Below are positions 20,526 to 28,490 of a DNA stretch of 64,000 nt, piece after piece. Under the pieces are notes generated by a model that searched no databases, had not been told where the DNA came from, and saw only the letters and a program-made list of their open reading frames with translations. Position numbers and translations under genes: made by a program. The stretch covers positions 68,128-132,127 of the forward strand of contig JANQQU010000065.1 in assembly GCA_028284905.1 (NCBI GenBank). The letters are read 5' to 3'. The stretch is from Calditrichia bacterium (lineage in GTDB: Bacteria > Calditrichota > Calditrichia > RBG-13-44-9 > J075). Within the stretch, counting starts at the first letter, position 1. Each line of letters begins with the position of its first letter.

Positions 20526-20703
20526 TCTTTACAAACGCCTGCATAAACCACTTTCCGGAAAATTACCTTTGTTATAAATCCTCGTTTTGATATGTTCTTC
20601 ATTCGATAACTCCAGCAATCAATAAAGAAGAATAACATCTTAAAGACACTCCTGCAATTTTTACCGCAGTAATCAAACCGATAGAAATGACACAGCGACG
20701 AAT

Positions 20704-21756
20704 ATGAAAACTGAATTTGGAAAACTGCCGGATGGCAGAACAGCCGACCTGTACACTGTAAGAAATGCTGCCGGCGCGGAAATGAAAGTTACTAATTATG
20801 GCGGGATTATCACTGCTTTGAAAATGCCAGACAGAACCGGGCGGATGGCGGATATCGTCCTTGGTTATGATACCCTGGAAAGATATCTGAAAGATACGCC
20901 ATACTTTGGGGCAATTATCGGACGGTACGGTAATCGCATCGCCAACGGCAGGTTTGATCTAAATGGAAAAACATATACACTGGCCAAGAACAATGGAGTG
21001 AATAATCTCCATGGTGGTGAGGTCGGATTTGATAAAGTGTTATGGGGCGCAGCGCCTTTTCAGGATGAAACCGGCACCGGTATTGTTTTCAGCTATCTGA
21101 GCAAAGATGGGGAGGAAGGGTTTCCCGGCAACCTGAATTGTAGGGTTGTCTATACGCTTGGGGAGGACAATAGTGTTCGTTTTGACTATGAAGCAACAAC
21201 CGATCAGCCGACGGTTTGTAATTTGACGCAACACAGTTATTTCAATCTGGCCGGGCATGATAATGGGGACATTCTTCAACATCAAATACAAATTAACGCC
21301 GAAAAATTTACCCCGGTTAATGAAAACCAGATTCCTACCGGGGAGATCCGTTCTGTTGAAGGAACGCCTTTTGATTTCCGTAAAATGACGACTATCGGAG
21401 CGCGGATTGATGCTGATAACCAGCAACTGAAATACGGCTCGGGATACGATCATAACTGGGTGTTTGAGGGAGGGGCAAAAGAAGACCTGAAGCTGGCAGC
21501 TGTTGCCTACGACCCCTCCTCTGGGCGTTTAATGGAAACCTGGACAACGGAGCCGGGGATGCAATTTTACTGCGGCAATTTTCTGGATGGCTCCCTGGTT
21601 GGAAAGGGAGGCGTAAAATACCAGCGCCGTAGTGGTTTTTGCCTGGAAACCCAGCACTTTCCCGATTCACCGAATCAACCGGGTTTCCCTTCGCCTTTCC
21701 TTCAGCCTGGCGAGGTTTACAAATCGACGACTTTATACAAATTCAGGGTGAAGTAA
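20704..21756 (+). CDS. galM: aldose 1-epimerase (mutarotase)
   Basis: GRYGNRI, LHGG, NLTQHSYFNL, GYDHN and CLETQHFPDSPN motifs. Confidence 0.95.
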   Translation: MKTEFGKLPDGRTADLYTVRNAAGAEMKVTNYGGIITALKMPDRTGRMADIVLGYDTLERYLKDTPYFGAIIGRYGNRIANGRFDLNGKTYTLAKNNGVNNLHGGEVGFDKVLWGAAPFQDETGTGIVFSYLSKDGEEGFPGNLNCRVVYTLGEDNSVRFDYEATTDQPTVCNLTQHSYFNLAGHDNGDILQHQIQINAEKFTPVNENQIPTGEIRSVEGTPFDFRKMTTIGARIDADNQQLKYGSGYDHNWVFEGGAKEDLKLAAVAYDPSSGRLMETWTTEPGMQFYCGNFLDGSLVGKGGVKYQRRSGFCLETQHFPDSPNQPGFPSPFLQPGEVYKSTTLYKFRVK

Positions 21757-21841
21757 ATCTTTCCTGCAAATTAAATTTTGCTTTACTGCGGAAAGAAATA
21801 TCAATATCTTTGGCGTCTTGCATTTTTGCACAAGCAAGATC

Positions 21842-21930
21842 GGAGAGGTGCCGGAGCGGTTGAACGGGGCGGTCTCGAAAATCGTTGTCCTCTGTATGGG
21901 GGACCGTGGGTTCGAATCCCACCCTCTCCG
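21842..21930 (+). tRNA. tRNA-Ser(CGA); CCA not encoded
   Basis: Acceptor stem GGAGAGG/CCTCTCC plus G discriminator, anticodon loop CTCGAAA, long variable arm, T-arm GTGGGTTCGAATCCCAC. Confidence 0.95.
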
Positions 21931-22171
21931 CGAGAAAACCCGCCTTTAGCGGGTTTTTTTATGTACCTAGTGCAAAAAGAAAAGGGAGCTGTGGGTTCTT
22001 CTATAGGAATCCCTTCGGGGGAATCCCACCCTCTCCGCCATTTAGCCCGCCTTTAGCGGGTTTTTTTATGTACCTAGTGCAAAAAGAGAAGGGAGCTGTG
22101 GGTTCTTCCATAGGAATCCCTTCGGGGGAATCCCACCCTCTCCACCATTAAGCCCGCTAAAGGCGGGCTTT
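21914..22171 (+). repeat. 107-bp tandem repeat (about 2.4 units) containing tRNA-Ser 3' end copies and terminator hairpins
   Basis: GAATCCCACCCTCTCC at 21914, 22021 and 22128; the intervening sequences are nearly identical. Confidence 0.93.
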
Positions 22172-22343
22172 GTTATTTACCTTAATACTGATCAACGTTA
22201 ATAAGAATCTTTCTTACTTCTTTTCCGGAAAGCAATCCCTTGAATGTTATAAGGGCTTACTGTATCTTTGAGTAATAAATTCTAGCAGTTTATTATTTCC
22301 AAGAGTTGATCGTGTTTATCCAACAATCTCATACAAACTCCTT

Positions 22344-22982
22344 TTGCAAATGACTGAAAAAGAAGAAAAAGAACTAATTCGAAATATCGTGAATAATGAA
22401 TCTGCTGCAATAGAAAATTTTTATCAGCATTTTCAAGGCCGGGTGTATCGTATTGTTCTTCATAAACTGGGCAAAAGTGCTGAAAAAATTGAAGATAGCA
22501 AAGACTTAACCAGTGAAATATTATGGCATACTATTCTCAGTATCCGCGAGGAGAAGTATCATTTCGAGAAGGGGCGATTAACTAGTTATATGTATGGAAT
22601 TATCAATAACCATTGTAAAAACTACTTTAAGGGCAAGAAAAAAGACCGGGAAAAATTTGACCGAGCAGATTTTAATTCAACCGAGGCTAAAATGGAAAAG
22701 GCCTTGGAAATAAAAGCTAGTCTAAGCAGATACGGCCAGGAACGGCAAAAGGAAATGGATGTTGAAATCCAGAATATACTGACTGCAGCAATCGAAAGCT
22801 TGGATGAAAAATATAGGAAGTTGATTTATCAAAAATATTATAAATCATTTTCCTATGACGAAATAAGTGAAATGGAAAACTTACCGCTATCAAAAGTAAA
22901 AAGTCGTTTATACGAAGCCCGAAAAATATTAGAAAAATCTATTTCAAAAACATTACGAACTTTTTCCAACTTTTTGCTTTAA
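22344..22982 (+). CDS. ECF sigma-70 factor
   Basis: Region 2 (DSKDLTSEI..SYMYGIINNHCKNYFK) and region 4 (SYDEISE..LSKVKSRLYEARKIL). Confidence 0.88.
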   Translation: MQMTEKEEKELIRNIVNNESAAIENFYQHFQGRVYRIVLHKLGKSAEKIEDSKDLTSEILWHTILSIREEKYHFEKGRLTSYMYGIINNHCKNYFKGKKKDREKFDRADFNSTEAKMEKALEIKASLSRYGQERQKEMDVEIQNILTAAIESLDEKYRKLIYQKYYKSFSYDEISEMENLPLSKVKSRLYEARKILEKSISKTLRTFSNFLL

Positions 22983-23014
22983 GCAGACAATTTATAGGTA
23001 GAAGGGAAGAAGAA

Positions 23015-23725
23015 ATGACATTACATCCGGAAAAAGGATTTAATGATCAAAATCATTCGGAAGTGGAGGAGATGATCGAGAGATATCTCGCTGGCACCCT
23101 TTCTGAAGAAGAAACAGAAAGGGTGGAAATCCACATCTTAGATTGTGATGATTGCTATCAAAAAATAATCGTTGAGGAGCAACTGCCAGCAATTGTAGCA
23201 GAAAAAGGCAGCAGCTTGTTTGCAGATTTTATTTCTAATGATAATGCTCAAGAATCAGCTGGTCATTCACCTACCGGGATTCTTCGTGATAATAAAATCA
23301 AGGAAAGAAATCGTTATTGGCTGTATTTCGGTAGTGCTGCTGCTGTGATATTTTTGTTAGTTTTATTCTTGAATCAGTCCACAATTGAAAATATTTCCGG
23401 AGAAAGCTTTCAAGAACTTGCATTTTTTGAGCAACGAATAAAAAATCAGGCACAACTAAGATCTGACGGTGATTTAAGAATTTTATCACCGGTCAATAAC
23501 TATACCATTGAACCTGGTGAAACGATAGTTTTTCGTTGGGAAGCCCCTTTGAATGCAACATTTACACTAAAATTAATGGATAATAGCGGGAGAGAATTAA
23601 ATAGCTATTCACCTGTCCGAAATGAATATTTATTAGAAGAAAATTTATCTCCGGGACTGTATTATTGGAGAGTAGAATTTAATGATGATTTTCGGATTGG
23701 AAAATTTATTGTTCGCTCCGAATAG
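23015..23725 (+). CDS. zf-HC2 transmembrane anti-sigma factor with C-terminal Ig-like domain
   Basis: HILDCDDC zinc motif, single TM WLYFGSAAAVIFLLVLFL, C-terminal PGLYYWRV. Confidence 0.82.
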   Translation: MTLHPEKGFNDQNHSEVEEMIERYLAGTLSEEETERVEIHILDCDDCYQKIIVEEQLPAIVAEKGSSLFADFISNDNAQESAGHSPTGILRDNKIKERNRYWLYFGSAAAVIFLLVLFLNQSTIENISGESFQELAFFEQRIKNQAQLRSDGDLRILSPVNNYTIEPGETIVFRWEAPLNATFTLKLMDNSGRELNSYSPVRNEYLLEENLSPGLYYWRVEFNDDFRIGKFIVRSE

Positions 23726-23726
23726 C

Positions 23727-26700
23727 CTATTTCCCTAACAAGACAAAGCTGCTCCAGGAGACCGGAAATGCCGTTTCGGGATCGGCAATCAAACGCAATT
23801 TTGCTTGCCGCAGGGCTACTGAATAACTTTCTCCCACCAAAATTTGACGATAGAATTCAATCATTAACCGGCTGGTCGTTTCGTCTGCAACTTTCCAAAG
23901 CGAATGTACAATATTCTTCGCTCCTGCGTATAAAAAACCGCGCGTTAGTGCCATCACCCCTTCTCCTTTAATGTATTCTCCCACGCCACTTTCACAACTG
24001 CTCAGTACTAGTAAATCCGCGTTCAGCGAGAGGTTATACGTTTCCGCAACGTATAAAATGCCATCTTCCGATTCACTGGCATCCGACGGTTGGGCAAAAA
24101 TTAATCCGGATAATGCCGGTTTTTTTTTATTCAGGATACCATGCGTAGCAATATGCAAAATATTATAAACGGGCGCGGAAGATTTAAAAGCATCCTCACT
24201 TGCTGCTTCATGAAAAAATTGTTGATGAGATAAATGGTTCGCTTCAAACATCTCTGCGATTTTCCGTATTTCAACCTCGGAAAAAGTGAGTTCATTGTAA
24301 TGCTTTCCATCAACAGTCACTGACCGGTAATTAAATAGGGTCGTGATGAAATCCGCAATGGAGGATTGATATTGCGAAATTAGAGAAGTATTTGCGTCTT
24401 TAAATACCGGTGCGAAACCAAGAAAAGCACCGTTCGAATTGTCTATTTTTGAGCTAGTATTTTTCAAAAATAATGCAGTAGAGTAATGATAAGAAATTTC
24501 ATAATCCTTAATTAAGTAATTTAAAGATCGGAAATCGACAGCACTTAAGGATTGTTCAAGGTCCGTATGTGCACTTTGAATTAGTGCTTCAAAAGGAATA
24601 TAGTATAAGGTGCCATCAGGGATGATCACCAGATGCTGGTGCGCTTTAATGAGTGTTTCCACTGGAGAAAAAATTAGTTGATACAGAGCCGTTGCATCTG
24701 CTAAATAAGTCGCTGGGTCTATAAATTTTAACGATTTGGTGAACCGTGATGAGAGTGCCGAGAATGTGCTGTCTATAGGGATGGTTTTTATCTCAAATTT
24801 ATTATGGCTTATTGCCGCGAAATATAAACTTTTCTTGCCCATTAAGAAATTTAAAATGATCGATTTGGGAGGCAGCTGTTGTTGAATTTCTTCGATACTT
24901 ATCTGTTCAGATTGATATTTTAAATCGTAATACTGCGGATAATTGTCTTCAAGTTTTTTAACCAAATCCCCATGTACACTTTTTAATTCAAATATTTGCC
25001 TCTCTAATTCATTAATCCGAGTTGAATTCTGCCTTTTCGGCGTTTTAGCAATCTGCCTTTGGAGTCGGGTTTCAAATGTTGTTAAATCGGCCTTAATTTT
25101 TCTTTCAGCTGCCAATAAACTGTCCGGAATACCGGCAAATTCTTTTGCGTGAGAATCTTGTAAAGTCAATTGAAGAACAGCAAATTTGCTATTCTCAATA
25201 AATTCATATGCGCGTTCGGTATAATAAATTTCCTCAGTGTATTCATGAAGTTTGAGTGCAACACGAATGCCAGTTTCGTAGATTTCGGTAGCAAAATCAC
25301 CCAGGTATAACCTGGCCTCTTCAGAATCAAAACTATGGCGCATGCGATTCAATACCTGCATGGTGAGATCTATCGTTGATAGCGATGCTTTCAACACCCT
25401 TTCCTTATCCGAGGCTGTTTTCTGATCAGCCAATTTTTCCAATGCAGCTGCTTTTGCCAGCAGAACATTTATAGATTTACGATGACTGCTTACGGATGAT
25501 AATTGTGGGTTTTCGTAAAATGATAAATCCTCAAAATCTTTAGTGAAACAGAAAAGGGCCTGCTGATAATATTGCAGTGCATGATGAAAATTGTTTTTTT
25601 GAGTGTATACCTGACCAATATGAAGATAAGTAGTTGTGATGCTCGGATGAGATTCCCCGAAAATACCTGTTAGGATATTCACCGTTTTTTCCAAAAAAAA
25701 CAACGCTTTGTCTGGCTCTCCTCTCATTTCATGAACGACGCCAATTGTCCGATAACTGTCTGCAACAAACGGGTGATCTTCGCCAAGGGTTTTGAGGCTG
25801 ATGTCCAAGGCTTTCTGATAGTAGCCAAGCGCGGTATCTATTTGTTCCATTCGTTCATAGAGAACCCCGATGTTGTAATATGCATCCGCAACTTCAGGAT
25901 GTATCTCACCAAAGTTGCTTTTTCGAATCTCTAGTGCCCGTAATTGAAACTCTATAGCTTGGTCAAAATTACCAAGATTTTTATGAAAGATACCGGCATT
26001 TTCGTAGCCGGTTGCCAGATTGGGGTGATGCTCCGGTAAAATTTGCTGGAGTATTAATAAAGATTGAGAATTATAATCCAATGCCTGATAGTAGTCGCCC
26101 ATTCCCCAATATGCAATACTGATGTTACTCAAAATTGCCGCGACAGTTTTCTCTTTCTCAACACCGGACTGCCGTTTTGTTTCTAAGGCTTTTTGGTAAT
26201 ACATCAGGGCGGTATCGTATTCACCGGTGCGGTAATAAGTACTCCCCATTGAACTATATGTCTCTGCCAAAAGGTGATTCGTAGCTGCCGTAGGCAAAAA
26301 TCTCATATCAAGAACTTTATTGTAGTAGGCGAGAGCATCGTTATAACGACCCAATTTGTGGAGGGCTTTGCCAATGCTGCGATAAGTTTCTCCGATGATT
26401 ACTTTTTGCGGACTCAGTTGAGCCAGTCCCGTTTCTAATGCTTCTTTATAAATTTCCAAAGCATGATCATACTTGCCCTGACGTAATGCATTATATCCAA
26501 TATTATTCTGGCATTCGATATACTGTTCCCAAATTAACTGTGACTTAGATTGATTGGCAATTTCTTGATAGAGTTCTAATGCCTTCTGGAAATAAGTGGT
26601 CGAACTATCAAATTGTGCATTTTCAGAGAATTTTTTTGCCTTAGCAAAGTATTGATTCGCAAGTGTTGAATCTGTTGTCGATTGGGCGAATAATAAAATA

Positions 26701-26765
26701 TTGAAAAAGCATAATATGATGCTAATTAGATATACGTAATCGTTTAGTAATTTCATCTTTCGCAT
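23727..26765 (-). CDS. secreted TPR-CHAT (caspase-like) protease
   Basis: Signal peptide, many TPR repeats, CHAT motifs IIPDGTLYYIPFEAL, HIATHG (His), LSSCESG (Cys) and SLWKV.D. Confidence 0.92.
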   Translation of the reverse strand: MRKMKLLNDYVYLISIILCFFNILLFAQSTTDSTLANQYFAKAKKFSENAQFDSSTTYFQKALELYQEIANQSKSQLIWEQYIECQNNIGYNALRQGKYDHALEIYKEALETGLAQLSPQKVIIGETYRSIGKALHKLGRYNDALAYYNKVLDMRFLPTAATNHLLAETYSSMGSTYYRTGEYDTALMYYQKALETKRQSGVEKEKTVAAILSNISIAYWGMGDYYQALDYNSQSLLILQQILPEHHPNLATGYENAGIFHKNLGNFDQAIEFQLRALEIRKSNFGEIHPEVADAYYNIGVLYERMEQIDTALGYYQKALDISLKTLGEDHPFVADSYRTIGVVHEMRGEPDKALFFLEKTVNILTGIFGESHPSITTTYLHIGQVYTQKNNFHHALQYYQQALFCFTKDFEDLSFYENPQLSSVSSHRKSINVLLAKAAALEKLADQKTASDKERVLKASLSTIDLTMQVLNRMRHSFDSEEARLYLGDFATEIYETGIRVALKLHEYTEEIYYTERAYEFIENSKFAVLQLTLQDSHAKEFAGIPDSLLAAERKIKADLTTFETRLQRQIAKTPKRQNSTRINELERQIFELKSVHGDLVKKLEDNYPQYYDLKYQSEQISIEEIQQQLPPKSIILNFLMGKKSLYFAAISHNKFEIKTIPIDSTFSALSSRFTKSLKFIDPATYLADATALYQLIFSPVETLIKAHQHLVIIPDGTLYYIPFEALIQSAHTDLEQSLSAVDFRSLNYLIKDYEISYHYSTALFLKNTSSKIDNSNGAFLGFAPVFKDANTSLISQYQSSIADFITTLFNYRSVTVDGKHYNELTFSEVEIRKIAEMFEANHLSHQQFFHEAASEDAFKSSAPVYNILHIATHGILNKKKPALSGLIFAQPSDASESEDGILYVAETYNLSLNADLLVLSSCESGVGEYIKGEGVMALTRGFLYAGAKNIVHSLWKVADETTSRLMIEFYRQILVGESYSVALRQAKLRLIADPETAFPVSWSSFVLLGK

Positions 26766-27259
26766 CTATATCCTCTGCCTTTGTTGAAAATATTAGAAGA
26801 GAGTTGCATCAATCTCCGGTATTGAAGTCGACGATCAATTTACAATTGAATTTCATCCAAATCCAACCTCGAAGAAGCTAGAACGTTATTTTTTATTGTG
26901 ATGTATTTATTTTTAAGTGCCTCAGCTAATTGCAATACAAATAATTTCTTAAGTCGCTAAAATAGCAAAAACTTCCCCGCTATATTTTTATTTTTTTTAA
27001 TAATTTTGAATCAATTTCCAACTTTTTATCAAAACCCTTCAACTACTAATAGACTGTAAGCTTTCGACTATTTGTGAATTATTCCTTGCCAACGAATGGA
27101 AGAGACTGTCGAATCTTGAAATCTTCAATCTGCTATGCCCCTTGTTGAGGAGGGGTTTTTAAGGCCTTACATAAGCTTATACGGCTAACAGTAGTTGATT
27201 AGAGGTTTCTCCCAGGGGTTACCCCTCGGCTGTGCAATACAAGCGTGGCCGTTATTTAT

Positions 27260-27301
27260 CCACATCAACATCATTTGTGATGTTGATGTGGGGATTTTTT
27301 T
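27260..27301 (+). terminator. strong hairpin/terminator
   Basis: Perfect 14-bp stem CCACATCAACATCA-TTTG-TGATGTTGATGTGG followed by GGATTTTTTT. Confidence 0.75.
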
Positions 27302-27426
27302 CTAATGAAGATAAAAATCAATTGTGAATTAAGCTGAAAGACAAGGAATTCAAACCTGTTTTGCAGCAGTTTTTCATTACACAACCATCATAAATCTATT
27401 ATCACTAAACTCAGGAGGTATTACAA

Positions 27427-28005
27427 ATGATTAAGTCCTTAAAGATGTTACTGTTGGCTGCGTTCTGTACGCTGGTTTTTGCCGGAGGGCAAGCAATTGC
27501 TGGAGAGTGTGGAGGCGTTAATCTCCCCGATAACATCTCGATAGATGGTCAGTCGATGATGCTCAATGGTATGGGCATTCGCAAAGAAGGCCAAACTAAG
27601 AATTACGTTGCTGGTTTATATCTTGCATTCAGAACATCGGATGCCCCCATGGTGATTAGCAACGACATGCCCCGTCGCCTGACCATGCGTTGGCTGCGCG
27701 ATTACAGCCTGGCTACCGCTTACGAAAGCTGGAAGCAAAATATTGAGAACAACCCGGCTTTGCAACTAGCGGCATACCAGGAGCGCATGGATAAATTGGC
27801 TGCCGCATTAAGCGATTTCAAAGCTGGGCAGGAAGTTGTTTTTAGCTATATGCCGGAGACGGGAACAAAAGTTATTGTTCAGGGAGTAACCAAAACCGTA
27901 ATTGAAGGGGCTGATTTTGGTTCTGCCCTGATCTCCATTTGGATCGGACCCAATCCTCCCAATGTTAGTCTGAGAGATGGGCTGATGGGTGGTCCCTGCC
28001 AGTAA
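27427..28005 (+). CDS. secreted chalcone-isomerase-like (Chalcone_3) protein
   Basis: Signal peptide; LNGMGIR, YVAGLYL and ALISIWIGPNPP..LRDGLMG; AGGAGG RBS. Confidence 0.85.
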   Translation: MIKSLKMLLLAAFCTLVFAGGQAIAGECGGVNLPDNISIDGQSMMLNGMGIRKEGQTKNYVAGLYLAFRTSDAPMVISNDMPRRLTMRWLRDYSLATAYESWKQNIENNPALQLAAYQERMDKLAAALSDFKAGQEVVFSYMPETGTKVIVQGVTKTVIEGADFGSALISIWIGPNPPNVSLRDGLMGGPCQ

Positions 28006-28157
28006 CTATCGGTTTGGGTAATTTTCTATTTGGTTATCCCAGGTTATGGTAGGCTATTTTATACATAGCGATTGATAGTTTTTTTCAATATCTCTGCAAT
28101 AAAGAATGAAGCATAAAGAGCTATAGCCTACAATAAAATTTGTACGAATTTTTCAAG

Positions 28158-28198
28158 AAGGGAATCCGTTCCACTATAGCGGATTCCCTTTTGTTTTT
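28158..28198 (+). terminator. intrinsic terminator
   Basis: AAGGGAATCCG...CGGATTCCCTT followed by TTGTTTTT. Confidence 0.7.
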
Positions 28199-28490
28199 GA
28201 ATTCTCTCTCAAGTATTCCTTTCAGTTTAATACAATTCCTCACAGAACATCACCAGGGAGCTATCTATATTTCCTCAACTCATACTTATCATTCTGTCCA
28301 CGATTATGTCTTAATGACAGCCCTGGCAGAGATCATTGCCAAAATTTCTCACACTGAAAAATATGTGCAAAGCGCACAAATACTTATTTTTCATTCAATT
28401 AAACTAAATCCTTTTTTGTGGCATGTTATTTGAAGTTTATTGGGCGATCTATTCGCATTGACAACAGCTTTACTAGAAAGGATTTACCTT

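Noticed and set aside
21778-22151. ORFs 21778..22056 and 21885..22151
   Set aside because: They run through the tRNA and repeat; the repeated peptide only mirrors the DNA repeat.
21914-22171. CRISPR array interpretation of the tRNA-adjacent repeat
   Set aside because: The intervening sequences are near-identical rather than unique spacers, the repeat is tRNA-derived, and there are no cas genes.
22344-26765. Type III-E CRISPR Craspase locus
   Set aside because: There is no Cas7-11 or array in the window, and this CHAT has a signal peptide; it is only an analogy.
21842-28200. Intact integrative element or prophage at tRNA-Ser
   Set aside because: No integrase, transposase or phage gene, and I saw no distal tRNA 3' copy in the window.
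28140-28490. ORF 28140..28433 and the extended clpB start at 28440
   Set aside because: They overlap a terminator and the promoter region; ClpB homology begins at ATG 28491.
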